A program made the translations under genes and the position numbers. The notes below the pieces were generated by a model. That model had not been told where the DNA came from. It ran no database searches and was given only the letters and a program-made list of their open reading frames with translations. Positions 1 to 11,683 of a DNA stretch of 64,000 nt are shown here, piece after piece; position 1 is the stretch's first letter; each line of letters starts with the position of its first letter. Source of the stretch: an uncultured Planctomycetota bacterium (GTDB lineage: Bacteria > Planctomycetota > Planctomycetia > Pirellulales > Lacipirellulaceae); contig CAVRBU010000011.1 in assembly GCA_963719315.1 (NCBI GenBank), forward strand, positions 96,001-160,000, in the 5' to 3' direction.

Positions 1-3000
1 GGCGGCAGCGGACCATCGAAACCTCTTCCTCCAACGCTGCCAGCCAATCGGGCAGGTCGAGACCGGCCCCGGCCGGCTCCTGCGCCAGGCTGGCGATTTC
101 CAGTTGCAGCGCGGCGATCGGTTCGCGGTTCTCGGTGTCGGCAGCGGCTACGGCTGGGCCAACCAGCGCCCGTACCCGGTCGATCGCCAGCGGTCGCGTG
201 AACCGCTCGCCAAGCCGCTCCGCGATGCTTGGCAGCCGCACGCTGTATTGATTGCACAATTCTTCGAAGCGGGCCAAATTCGCGTCCGCCGTTTCCGACG
301 TCCGTTCGGCCAGCGCCTGCTGCCACATCTCGGCTGCCGCCGGTCGATTCTGCCGCACCAGAATCTCGTGCGCCATCACCACGGGCCGCAGGTTCCACGC
401 CACACGATCGTAGCTGGCCCGCAACCGCAAGAAATCGATCAGCGTGTACAGCAGCTCGCCGTGGTCGGAGTGCGTCGTCGTGGTGTTATAGTCGCGATAT
501 TCACGATAGTTCTCGACGACCGCCTCGATCGCCAGCGAAAGCCACTTGGCCGCTTCGTCGCGCGGGATGCCCTCCCCCAGTTCGGTGATCAGCCGAATCT
601 CGGGCGCGTCATCGGCATGCTCCAGGTTCGACAACCACACGCCTGTGTGCTGGTGCAAGATCGCGCGGAGATTGCCGAGATTCAAAAACTTCTGCGTGAA
701 CAGGTCGGCGCCATAGCGTTCAATGAACGCGACAAACGCTTGCCACTCGTTGTCGAGCGTAAGGCGTTCGACGACGCTGAGCCGCAGCGTTTTGCTGTGC
801 GCCAGCCAGCGATTGAGTTGTGTTTCGGTCAGGTCCTGCAACGCCTCGATGAGCATCGCGTCGGACGGCCGCGACGATTGCAGCGAGCCGCGTCCGCCGG
901 CCCGCTCTTCGTCCCAATTCTCGGCCGAAGCGACGAGTGCCCGCACGATGGCCTGGTAGCCGCCCGTGAACAGGCGGTCGTATTCGGTCACGGCGCCCGG
1001 CCCGACCGGGTGATCGGCTTCCATCGCTTGGGCCACGTCCAGTAATTGGCAAGTTTCGCGAACCAGGCCCAACCGCGGCAACCAACAGAGCAGGTCGTCC
1101 AACAGTTGACCGAGCGTGCGGGCCCGCACGATCCTCCGCGGCCGCCCCCCTTTGCCGAGCGGCACGTACAGCAGCTCTTGAGCCGAAAGCCACTTGATGA
1201 ATTTGGGCCAATGCTGCGCAACGGCCGCGGCGTCGCCGGAAAGCAATCCGCGAAGCACGCCGACAGTCGAGCCGTCACCCGCGTCGCACGATTGACCATC
1301 GCCCGCTGGCTTCTCGGCGCAAGTCGAAGTCGCCAGGATCAGTCGGCCGGCACTCGCCGTCTCGACGCACGTTGTGATGATGTGCTCGAGCAGCGAATCC
1401 TTGATCATTCGTTGGCGGTCGAACTCGACCATCGAGTCGTGCGAGCCGCCGGGTTGCGGAATAGAGTAGTGGTGAACGGCCTCGGCCAGTTCCAAGAGTT
1501 TGTCGCGCCGCGACATCGCCTGCCGACACCAGTTTTCCAAAAGCTCGCGCCGCTCGGCGTCGTGGGCGTCCATCTTCCAGGCCACGGCGATCTGCCGCCA
1601 GAGTCGCGCTGTCGTCGAAAGAAATTCCAACCGCTGCCCAAGTCGTTGGGCCTCTTCTTCTAATTCGAACTCGGTGCCGTCGGTATATTCGTCGATGATG
1701 TCGGCGTCGAAGCCGTCGTCGGTGCTATCGCGGTAGACCATGTCTTCGTACGCGGCGCCGTACAGCTCATCGGTCTCGCTGTTATCCCAGGGTTCGCCGT
1801 CCTCGCCTTCATCGCCGTCCTCTTCGATTTCGCCCGCCAACGCGGCATCGCCGGCGTCGAACAAATCGTCGGCAAGCTCCTCATCGTCCACATCGTCATC
1901 AAAGGAGTCGTCTTCGTCGTCTTCGTCGATCCCGGCTTCGCCGCCCAACTCGAATTCAGGTACCTGCCAATAAATCTCGGCACTGGCTTCCAGATGCTGG
2001 ACAAACTTGGCTACCAGCGGCCATTGGTCGCTACCACTAGCGTTTTCGTACTCCTCAACCGTCCGTAACCAGCGAAGGGCCAGCGGATGGAACGAGGCGT
2101 CGCCATCTTCGAGCGGCGTGTATTCCACCTGGCTGACCCACTGCAACATGAGCGCCATCGAGGCCACGCGGTCTCCACGCTCCAGCAGGGCTTCGATCAC
2201 GAGCTGAAACGCCTTGGGCGAATCGAATTGATCGACAAACAGCCGCCAGAATTTCACGTCGCCCGCGGCGGCGCCGGCTTTGTGCCAGGCGGCCAGCGCA
2301 CCGGCAACCAGATTGGTGGAGATCTGGATTTCCTTGCCCACCAATCGTTTCATGCCGCCCACATCCGCCGTGGCGTATTTGTCCCACCAACTGGCCAGGC
2401 GGCCCAACGCGTCGCTGAACTCGGTCTCGCGCTTCGCATCATCGAGCGCCGCCGCTTCGGTCCAGGCCCGGGCGCACAGGTCGAGAATCTGCTCGACCAG
2501 GTCGATGAGATCGTCCACGCGGAAGTCGTGCACGGTGTTTTCGAGCGCGGGGAACAAGCTGAAGTTGCCGCCGAAACCAATGATGTTCCAGGGATCGACC
2601 AGCGCGCCACATTCGATACCGCGCTGCAGCAGGTCTTCAATCTCCGGCAAATAACGCGCGACCGCATCGAGCTGATGGGCGTCGATCGCCTGGTGTCCAG
2701 CCGAAAGCAGGCAATAAATCTGGCACAACATGCGAGCTGCGGCGATTCGCACGCCGTTCGCCTCCGCCAAGGCCGCATCGGGATAGCCCATCCGGGCGTA
2801 TAGCTGCGCAAGGTGGACGTGCTGCATTTGAATCGCCCGCCGGCGAGCCAGCTCGTGATTCAAATGCTGCCGCGCGCCGCCGAACGGTTGCCGTGTGCGC
2901 TGCGATTCGGCCCGAAGCCGATCGCCGTGTGGGCCGGTCGTGCGCGCGAGTAGTTCTTCATAAAACTGATCGCGATAGGATGCAATGTGCGGCAACAAGT

Positions 3001-3984
3001 TCGACAGCGTCACGTCCGAGTTGTGGCAACTGGGGCCGTTGCCCGTCGTGCCCGAGGCCATCAGGATCGTGCCGGCCAGCACTGCCGCCGCTTCGAACAT
3101 CATCTCCTCGCGCGTTTCGGCCGTCGCCGTGTCGTCGCATGCACCGTTCGTCGGCGCATTGAGCCGCGTAAGCAACGCGTCGAGCGTCATCTGCTGCAGC
3201 ACGAAGCGGCGATAGAATCCGCGATTGTCGACGTGATTCAGGTCCCACTGGCCGAAGTGATGATTGGGCCGCTTGCTGGCCGGGTGATCGAAGTCGTACG
3301 TCCGCGGATCGAGAGCGAGCTCTTCGACGAGCTCCGGATCGAACCACGCTTGCTGACGGATATCGGGATCGGTCTCCGCCAGAATCTTGAGGGCCCGCTC
3401 GAGCAATTCGCGGTACACGCCGGGCGCCACTCCCACATCCTTGATGTACAGCGGCACCGGCCGCACCCGCTCGTGCGCGTAGGGCTCCATGTGTCGATCC
3501 GATTCGAGCACGGCCACTGGCCGGTAGCCGATGTAATCGTTGAGCGATTCCAGTGTGCGATCGACGATGCGTTGGGTATCTGTCCAAGGCGGGCCCTGCG
3601 CAAGATGACCTCCAGCGCCCGGCCGATGAACAGCGGCCGCCACAACTCGCGGTCCGATTGATGCCACAACAGGTCGCGGTGAAACGCCCGATATGCGGGC
3701 AGCACGTGATCGCGCAACAATTTGACCACCGCCCGCGCTTGGCTCACATCAGCGAATGCCGGGGAATTGGCCGAGAGATCGCACATCCGCGCCAGCAGCC
3801 AATCGCATAGAACGACGTGGGGCTGTTGGGCGGCGTCGCACGGCTTCTCGATCGCCCCGAACAGGGCGTCGATCGTGCGGAGGAATTTCGGATCGGAAGC
3901 CCCACTGGAAAAATTGAGGTATCCGACCGCCTCTTCCAGCAGCGCAAGCTCTTTTTTAGCAGGTTTTGGAGATGGCGTGATCAT
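1..3984 (-). CDS. Large hypothetical protein (>1300 aa), frameshifted, runs off the left edge
   Basis: Starts MITPSPKP...YLNFSSG at 3984. Protein-like reading continues across frame changes (YIGYRPVAVLE, DPRTYDFDHPASKRPNHHFGQWD) and includes an acidic D/E tract near 1780-1940. Confidence 0.65.
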
Positions 3985-4248
3985 CGCAATGGAGCTGGCT
4001 TAGAACAGAGATCAGCCATTTGCCGGCAAGCCGCACCCAATTCCAAACGCATTTTTGCACGTTTTATATCTGCTGTGTAATGTAAAGGATGGCGGAGCGA
4101 ACGGTCTATGGGGTGAAAATGGACCAGCCCCACAGGCGGCGCTGCGAGCATATCGCTTATGTTGTTGCATGGCGACGCTCCGGCGCGTCATGTCTACAAT
4201 TTAGCGGACGCCCTTGACACGCTGAACAACGAACGAGTTTCGAATGTC

Positions 4249-4310
4249 GGTGCCACTGGCTCTGCCAGTGCTTGGGATCACTTGCTGCACTGACAGAGCC
4301 AGTGGCACAC
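4249..4310. repeat. REP-like doublet (GTGCCACTGGCTCTGCCAGTG...CACTGACAGAGCCAGTGGCAC)
   Basis: Inverted repeat; a related half-copy lies at ~33298-33316. Confidence 0.75.
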
Positions 4311-4366
4311 AAGTTCTGCAACTGCGCGATATTCGAAAACGGAAAGCAGAGATGGGTTACTCATCC

Positions 4367-5686
4367 ATGAAAACCTATTCGAGCCCGATCGCGAAGCGAC
4401 GCTGGCTGGCCACGGCGGCAACCGCCGCTGCTTTTTGTTTGTGTGCAATCGCGCCCTGCTTCGCCGAGCGCCTTGGTAGCCGACTCACTTCCCAAGAGGA
4501 ATTGCGAAACCTCGGCCTGACGCGCGCCTGGTTCGCGCAAGCGCAACTGGATGTCGCCCGCAACCACATCGAGCGGGCCGTGATAACGGGCGATCGACTG
4601 ACCGTGCTCACCAGCGCCGGCGTGATGCAGGAATTCAACGCTGAGACCGGCGAAACCCTGTGGACGGCCCCCATCGGCAACGAGAGTTATCCCAGCTTGG
4701 GACCGACGGCAAACGATCAATACGTGGCGCTCGTCAACGGCTCGACCCTCTACATACTCGATCGCGCGGACGGCCGACCCGCAATGATTATCAGCTTGAG
4801 CGGCGCGCCCGGCGCGGCGCCGGCGCTGGCCGAGAAGTATGTCTTCGTGCCGCTCGTCAAAGGGCGCATGGAAGGCTATCCGCTTTCGATGGATAATAAA
4901 GTGAAACCCTGGTTCTATCAATCGTCCGGACGCACGATGGTGGCGCCGCTGGCCACGCCCGAAAGCATTGTGTGGACCAACAACCTGGGAAATCTGTACG
5001 TCGGCAACAGCCAAAAACCCGCCATGCGTTACCGACTAGAAATGGGGGGCGATATCGTGGCCTCGCCCGCCTACGCGAAGCCCTTCGTGTACGTCGCCGG
5101 CATTTCGGGAGAAGTGTTCGCGATGCACGAGCTGACGGGCGATCGGCACTGGAAGTATGCGACCGGCTTCCCGATCGTACGCTCGCCTGCCACGGTCGCG
5201 AACCGCGTGTTCGTGACGACCGATGAGCCGGCGCTGCACTGCGTCGACGCCGTGACCGGCAACGCGTTTTGGCATGTCCCGCATGTAAAGCAGTTCTCCG
5301 CGGCCAGCAAAACGCGAGTCTACGGCGTGGACGACCTCGGTGGGCTCGTCGTGCTCGACGGCGCCAAGGGCGCGCTCGTCGGCCGCATCGCCGCCGACTT
5401 CCCCATCAAATCGCTCGTCAATGACCAAACGGATCGCGTGTTTCTGGTTTCAGACGACGGCCTGATCGAATGCCTGCATGAAACAGCAGCGAAGCAGCCG
5501 CTCCATCACATCCTGAAGCCGACTTCGGGCGAGAAACCGGCGACGCCGGCTGAGACGCCTGCTGCGAAACCCGCGCCGGCCGCGAAGAAACCGGACCAAC
5601 CGCCGGCCGCCGCGAAGCCTGCCCCACCCGAAAAGCCCGCCGGCGACTTCGGCGTGAAAGACAGCGACAACCCCTTCGGCAACTAG
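4367..5686 (+). CDS. PQQ-like beta-propeller (BamB-like) secreted protein
   Basis: Signal peptide, repeated xxDxxTGxxxW blades, Pro/Ala/Lys tail. Confidence 0.8.
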   Translation: MKTYSSPIAKRRWLATAATAAAFCLCAIAPCFAERLGSRLTSQEELRNLGLTRAWFAQAQLDVARNHIERAVITGDRLTVLTSAGVMQEFNAETGETLWTAPIGNESYPSLGPTANDQYVALVNGSTLYILDRADGRPAMIISLSGAPGAAPALAEKYVFVPLVKGRMEGYPLSMDNKVKPWFYQSSGRTMVAPLATPESIVWTNNLGNLYVGNSQKPAMRYRLEMGGDIVASPAYAKPFVYVAGISGEVFAMHELTGDRHWKYATGFPIVRSPATVANRVFVTTDEPALHCVDAVTGNAFWHVPHVKQFSAASKTRVYGVDDLGGLVVLDGAKGALVGRIAADFPIKSLVNDQTDRVFLVSDDGLIECLHETAAKQPLHHILKPTSGEKPATPAETPAAKPAPAAKKPDQPPAAAKPAPPEKPAGDFGVKDSDNPFGN

Positions 5687-5789
5687 CGCGTCCTTCGATT
5701 TCTTCAATCGCGTCGCCAATCCTTCCGCACGGCCGACGAATGGCGCTATAATACTCGCCATTGAGCCATGACCGGGAGGGATCTGCCAG

Positions 5790-6410
5790 ATGAATTGCAC
5801 ACAATGCGGCGCGGTAGTGCCGGCCAGCGCGGCGTTCTGTTCGCAATGCGGAGCGTCGTTGAAATCCGGAAAGGCCCGCCTGCAGGCTCAAGCCGCTCGC
5901 GGCGTTGCCCCCGACACGCCCGAGGAAGAGTTGTGGACCGGCTCGTATTCGCCCAAGGCAATGACCGGACCATTCGTCGGCGCCGCGCTGCTGACCGTGA
6001 TAGCGATGATCGGCGCCTCCTTCGCCGGGCCGGTGGGATGGATTGTCGTTGTTGTCGGCGCGTTGCTTCTGTTCGGCTACCTCGGCTGCCTGCTGGCGTA
6101 TCGACGAATGAGCATCCGCTATCGGCTGACCACGCAGCGGCTACTTCGCGATAAGGGCGTATTAACCCGCACCGGCGATCACTTGCTCGTGGTCAACATC
6201 GACAACGTCACCGTGCACCAGGGCTTGTTCGAGCGAATGTTCAACGTCGGCACGATCGTGCTCAACACCAAGGACAAGACTACCGAAGGCGAATCCGAGG
6301 GCGTTCTCACGATGAGCGGCATCGAAGAACCCCGCCACCTCGCCGATCTGATCGACGAAGTCCGCCGCACCGAACGCAACCGCCGCGGTTTGTATACGAT
6401 GGATGCGTAA
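5790..6410 (+). CDS. Zinc-ribbon + bacterial PH (bPH_2) domain membrane protein
   Basis: CTQC...CSQCG, two TM helices, YRLTTQRL...Q..FERMFNVGTI motif. Confidence 0.8.
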   Translation: MNCTQCGAVVPASAAFCSQCGASLKSGKARLQAQAARGVAPDTPEEELWTGSYSPKAMTGPFVGAALLTVIAMIGASFAGPVGWIVVVVGALLLFGYLGCLLAYRRMSIRYRLTTQRLLRDKGVLTRTGDHLLVVNIDNVTVHQGLFERMFNVGTIVLNTKDKTTEGESEGVLTMSGIEEPRHLADLIDEVRRTERNRRGLYTMDA

Positions 6411-6427
6411 ATCATCATACTGTTCCC

Positions 6428-6985
6428 ATGCCACACCCTTCCCCGCAAGTCGTGAGTGATCAAAAACGGTGGCGGAGAATCTACGCCGCATCGATTGTGA
6501 TTGCAATTAGCACGGTCGCTTTTCACGTTCACAGCTACTGGTGGAGTGAATCAATCACCCTGTGCAACGTCACATTGACTGTTGATGAAGGCCTCGTCTC
6601 GCTTAATGTGCCATTGGTACGTTTAGCCGCCGATAAATCGCCCAGGTCGGAAATCATGATTTACAAGCGTGATCCGATCACGTGGACCGCCGGTCTAGCG
6701 GGCAAGACTCCGCTCAGGAGTTGGATGTCGCGCCTGAACGTGGCCCGTGTCAAAGGCGCAATGTTTTTCGACTTTGGCTATTGGAAAGGGGCCTGGCAAT
6801 CTCAATCAAGGCCCGGGCCATTTGTGGTTGCTTTTGTCCCCGTTTGGCTGATAGGTCTAATGATGTTCGGTATCTTTTTGGCTTTTGATTTCGGTTTCGT
6901 TCGGTTCCGGCTTCGCACGATATTGATTGCAATGACGCTCGCCGCCGGCCTTCTGTACCTTGCGACATTGCGGTCGCGAACCTGA
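6428..6985 (+). CDS. Hypothetical membrane protein
   Basis: 185 aa with hydrophobic segments; C-terminal RFRLRTILIAMT motif. Confidence 0.6.
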   Translation: MPHPSPQVVSDQKRWRRIYAASIVIAISTVAFHVHSYWWSESITLCNVTLTVDEGLVSLNVPLVRLAADKSPRSEIMIYKRDPITWTAGLAGKTPLRSWMSRLNVARVKGAMFFDFGYWKGAWQSQSRPGPFVVAFVPVWLIGLMMFGIFLAFDFGFVRFRLRTILIAMTLAAGLLYLATLRSRT

Positions 6986-7121
6986 CTGATATTCTTACCA
7001 ACTTTCGACAAAACTCGAAGGTTGGCTAGCTTTGGGGCGTATACCAAACCCCGCCGCGCCGCCTTATAATCCGGGTTCTGGGTCCGGCTGGGGTTGCCTT
7101 CTTTCCATTTGGAGAATCGCC

Positions 7122-7715
7122 ATGAAGATTTGTCTGTTCGCCTCACTCGTTTTGTCGGGAGTGCTCGTTATGAATTCATCCGCAACGGCCAAGGAAACTC
7201 CGAAAGCCAAAGCAGCCGCGACATCTCCGTTGAACGAAGAGATGGAAACGCTCGACGGCAAGAAAGTGAACCTCGCCGAAAAGTACAAGGGCAAGGTCGT
7301 GCTGCTCGTGAACGTGGCCAGCCGGTGTGGCAACACGCCGCAATACAAGCCGCTCGAAGCGCTGCATGAAAAATATGGCAAGCAAGGGCTGGCGATCGTC
7401 GGTGTGCCCTGCAACCAGTTCGGCAAGCAGGAGCCAGGCACGTCGGAGGAGATCTCCGAATTCTGCACCAAGAACTATGGCGTGAAATTCGACATGTTGG
7501 GCAAAGTCGATGTGAACGGCCCCGAAGCCGCCCCGCTCTACAAGTATCTCACATCTAAAAAGTCTGACCCCGATTATTCGGGCAAGATCACCTGGAACTT
7601 CGAAAAGTTCCTGTTCAACCGCGATGGCAAAGTCGTCGCCCGCTTCAAGCCGAAGACCCAGCCCGATTCGCCGGAAGTCGTGACGGCGATCGAAGCCGAG
7701 TTGGCGAAAAAGTAG
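7122..7715 (+). CDS. Glutathione peroxidase (Cys-type), secreted
   Basis: NVASRCGNT, PCNQFGKQEP and WNFEKFL motifs. Confidence 0.95.
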   Translation: MKICLFASLVLSGVLVMNSSATAKETPKAKAAATSPLNEEMETLDGKKVNLAEKYKGKVVLLVNVASRCGNTPQYKPLEALHEKYGKQGLAIVGVPCNQFGKQEPGTSEEISEFCTKNYGVKFDMLGKVDVNGPEAAPLYKYLTSKKSDPDYSGKITWNFEKFLFNRDGKVVARFKPKTQPDSPEVVTAIEAELAKK

Positions 7716-7763
7716 GAATTGCGAATTGGCATTTTGCAATTTCCGAAGCATTCATTGGGAACG

Positions 7764-8715
7764 ATGAACAAATCGCTCGACTGCGTCGTGGTGGGCTCCT
7801 GCGTGGTCGACGTGCTCGTGCGCCCGGTGCCGCTGTCGGCGGCGATTGGCGGCGGTCGCCTGATTGAAAGCGAGCCACTGCTGCTCACGACGGGCGGCAT
7901 CGTTTCGAACTCCGGCATCACACTCGCGCGGCTCGGAATGCGCGTGGCTGCGTTCACCTACGTCGGCGACGACGCCTGGGCCAACGTCATCCGTCGCCGC
8001 TACGCCGCCGAGGGCATCGATGCCTCGGCCCTCGTCACGCACCCCACCGGCGCGACGAGCACCACGGCCGTGCTCATCGACCCCAGCGGCGAGCGGACGT
8101 TCGTCCATTGCGTCGGCGCACCGCGGATGCTCGACAAAGCGGCCATGTTGGCCCGGCTCGATTTGTTCGCCAAGAGCCGCGCAATGCTCATCGGCTATTA
8201 TCCGCTGATGACCCGGCTGCAGCCCGATCTGCCGGAAGTGCTCGCCGCGATTCGTGAAACGGGCTGCCTCACCGCGCTCGACGCCGCGGGCGACGGCGGC
8301 ACGATGGACCCGCTTGCAAAGATTCTGCCGCATGTGGATTTCTATTTGCCCAGCGAGGCCGAGGCCCGCCATCAAACGGGCCGCACGGAACCGCGGTCGA
8401 TCATCGCCGCTTACCGCGAAGCCGGCGCGAAGGGTTGGCTCGGCGTCAAGCTGGGCTCGAAGGGCGCACTCCTCAGCCCGCAGCCGGGTGAGTTCATCGA
8501 TGTCGCCGCCGCAAAACTGCCCGGCCCGATCGTCGACACCACCGGCGCGGGCGATGCCTTCATCGGCGGCGTGCTCGCCGGCGTCCTCCGCGGCTTGCCC
8601 CCCGCCGCCGCCGGTCGCCTCGGCGCCGCCGCCGGCGCCTGCTGCGTCACCGGCCTGGGCGCGACCACGGCCATCCGCGGCTATGATGAAACGTGCCCAG
8701 CTAGCGGGCCTGTAG
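7764..8715 (+). CDS. PfkB-family carbohydrate kinase (frameshift near 3' end)
   Basis: VGDD, GERTF and DTTGAGDAF motifs; probable true end ...LAGL* at 8715. Confidence 0.9.
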
Positions 8716-8791
8716 GTCCCGCTTGCCGAGCGGGGCGTTGCCCTGCTCCGCAACGTCTGGCACGCAGGTCCCTTCCGGCAGAAGGGACCTA
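8712..8791. repeat. GTAG-type REP doublet
   Basis: GTAGGTCCCGCTTGCCGAGCGGG...GGTCCCTTCCGGCAGAAGGGACCTAC; related copies at ~40706 and ~58455. Confidence 0.85.
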
Positions 8792-8821
8792 CGGGAAAAA
8801 CCGCCTACCGGCGGTGTCTTA

Positions 8822-9370
8822 ATGTCGAACACCTGGCCTTGCGAGCCGCGCATGAACGGTCCGATCGACGCCGAGCAGTTGGGGCGGCTCCTGGATGAGC
8901 ACGGGGCCGCGCTCGCGCTCTACGCGTCGCAATGGACCGACGCGGCCGACGATTGCGTGCAGGAAGCCTTGGTCGAGCTCGTGCGGCAATCGCAGCCACC
9001 CGACCACGCCGTCGCCTGGCTGTATCGCGTGGTGAAGAACCGGGCGCTCAACGCGGCCCGCGGCGCTCGGCGGCGTCGGGAGCGCGAAGCGCGAGCGATG
9101 GCCGACCGATTCGCTGTTGTCCAGCAATCGGCCGCGTTCGACCGCGACGAGTCGCTCGCCGCGATCGAGGCGTTGGAGCAATTGGAAACCGGCGAACGCG
9201 AGTTGGTGGTCCTGCGAATTTGGGGCGGATTGAAGTACGACGAAATCGCGGTGGCCCTGGCCATCTCGACCTCCAGCGCTCATCGGCAATACGAACGAGC
9301 GCTCACGAAACTCAGACAAATACTGGAGACGCCATGTTCGACGAACACGAACCGGCCGAATTCAAAATAG
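8822..9370 (+). CDS. ECF RNA polymerase sigma factor
   Basis: DCVQEAL, AWLYRVVKNRALN and YDEIAVAL HTH. Confidence 0.9.
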   Translation: MSNTWPCEPRMNGPIDAEQLGRLLDEHGAALALYASQWTDAADDCVQEALVELVRQSQPPDHAVAWLYRVVKNRALNAARGARRRREREARAMADRFAVVQQSAAFDRDESLAAIEALEQLETGERELVVLRIWGGLKYDEIAVALAISTSSAHRQYERALTKLRQILETPCSTNTNRPNSK

Positions 9371-9959
9371 CCGCTGACCTGTCGGCCGTAGAGCGGCAGC
9401 TAGCGCGGTTGACGCCCGCCGCCCCGCGCATTGACCGCGACCGGCTGATGTTCGAAGCCGGCCGCGCGGCCGAACGCGCCGCAAGCGAACCCTCTCTTGC
9501 CCCCGCCCCACCAATAAAAGCCCCCATAGCCGCGATGCTACGCAGTCGCCGGGACGCGCCGACTGCTTCTGGCCCGCCGCCACCGCCACGATGACCGCCG
9601 CGACGCTCCTGTTGGCCATCCTGCTCGTGAGGCAGCGTAACGCCGTGCAAATCGCTGCAAAGCAAGACACCTCAACGATTGTGGCCACGCAGATCGTGGC
9701 ACCGCCGCGCGAGGCCGCGGCACGTTCCGCACCGCGACCTGAAATCTCGACGACCGGTTGGCTCTCGATTCGGCCACCGAAGAGCGGTTATTTGGGCGTG
9801 CGATACGTTGCGCTGACACAAGGCGTTGCCGCGCTCGACTCGCGTTCTCCAGCCGCCGGCGGCGACCGCGACTCATCCAGTGACTTACAACGAACCCAAC
9901 GCGAATTGCTCAACGAGCTGCTGCCGACGTCGCTCCGCGAGACAAATCCGCGATCTTGA
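9334..9959 (+). CDS. Putative anti-sigma membrane protein (frameshifted)
   Basis: Overlaps the sigma gene; LARLTP...IDRDRLMFEAGRA then a TM helix in another frame. Confidence 0.6.
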
Positions 9960-9979
9960 TTCTCCACCGAGACTGATCC

Positions 9980-11521
9980 ATGACACGCAAATTCGCGATC
10001 CTATTGTTTGTGACTTTCGCCTGCGTCGCGCACCGGGCTCGGGCCGACGTGGCGTATGAAAACACCAAAGTCGGCGACGACGACCTCCAAGTCGTGCGGT
10101 TGACCGTCACGCCCGCGGCCGAACCCGTGCCGGCCCTGCGGCATCAACTCCTGGCGCGCGATGTGGACCTCAAATCGGGCAACGCGGTTCCGTATTACTA
10201 CCGCGCTTTCATGGAGTCGAACCAATTAATCAAGAATATCCGTCAAAAATTCGACGAGGACAAGGAACTTGGCCTCTGGTATTCAACGGGCGCCGAGGCT
10301 ACGCCCATCGCCAAGCTGCCGCTGGAGAAGGTCCGGGAAGCGAGCCAAATGTTCGACTCGATCTACAAGGAATATTTGCTGCCGGCGTTCGCGCGGAGCG
10401 ATTGCGACTGGGAATTGGGCATCGAGGAATTGCGGGGCGTGGACGTCGTCAGCTTCCTGCTGCCCGAATTCCAGGACAGCCGCGAGATCGCGCGGATGAT
10501 GGCGTTGCGGACTCGGCTGGCCATCGCCGAGCATCGCTACGACGATGCAATCACAACAATGCAGCAGCAGTACCGGCTCGGGCACGACGTGGCCAAGGTG
10601 CCGTTTCTAGTGTGCGGCCTGATCGGCATCGCGATTGATTCCATGTCCAACGGCACGCTCATCGATCTGATCGCCAATCCCGACTCGCCGAACATGTATT
10701 GGGCGCTGACCGAGTTGCCGCAACCGCCGATCAATTTGCAGCCAGCGGCCAGGTTTGAAATGGACTTCGGCCCGCGGATGTTTCCCTTCATCGATCATGC
10801 GGAAACAGCCGAGCACGCGCCGCAGGAATGGAATCGCTTGTTCACCCAAGCGATTCGCCGATTTTCCGAAGACTGAATGGTGAAATGGGCGGTAGCAGTC
10901 GGGTGGCAAAGGTCCACGGTCGATTGGAAAGATAATGCGGGCCGGCGTGGCGGCAACCGGCTAGGACTTGTTCGGCTACACGCATGCCAAAGAGCGACTG
11001 ATTGCCCAGGGCATGGCCCGCGAGCAGGTGGAGAAGATGGCCGTTGGCCAAGTGATTGCAATCTACACGGAGCGCGTTTATCGAGCAGTTCTCGGATGAC
11101 TTCGAAAAGATGTGGTACATTCCGTTTGTCAGACATGAAAACCGCGAACGCCGACTCCATGGAAAAGAATCTTCGAGCAGGCCTCCTTCTTCGGCTCGGG
11201 CGAAGATCGCGAATCTTGCCGATCGTGTCGCTTTTGATGCCTGGAATGCAGCCTGCTCGCGGCGCCCAGGTGCGATTGGAGCGCGATGTGGCGGCGCTCC
11301 GGGTGATCGAGGCGCTGCGAATGTACGCCGCCGATCACGGCGGCGGGCTTCCAAAATCGTTGGACGAAATCACCGCCGTGCCCGTGCCAAATAACCCGGC
11401 AACCGGCAATCCGTTCGAATACCGGCTCGACGGCAAAACGGCCGTGTTGGAGTTGCCCCCTTCCGACGGCCTCCACTTCAATCGACGTTTTGAAATTCAG
11501 ATTGCGGCGAAAGAAAAATAA
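9980..11521 (+). CDS. Secreted hypothetical protein (frameshifted)
   Basis: Signal peptide; C-terminal ALRVIEALRMYAADHGGGLP...NPATGNPFEY. Split across three frames. Confidence 0.65.
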
Positions 11522-11683
11522 GGATCACGCAAGGCTACGTACTTTTTTGTCCGCAGATGGCGCAGATCAGTGCAGATGAAAGCGTTTGTGATCTATCAAT
11601 TAATCAAATCCACCTGCGTCCATCTCCGACATCTGCGGACTAAGCGTTTGTCACTTCAAGCTTGAAGCATCGAGAATAGAATC

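Noticed and set aside
104..3661. Several 200-300 aa + strand ORFs
   Set aside because: Shadows of the large frameshifted minus-strand gene.
7122..7715. Selenocysteine glutathione peroxidase
   Set aside because: The active-site codon is TGT (Cys).
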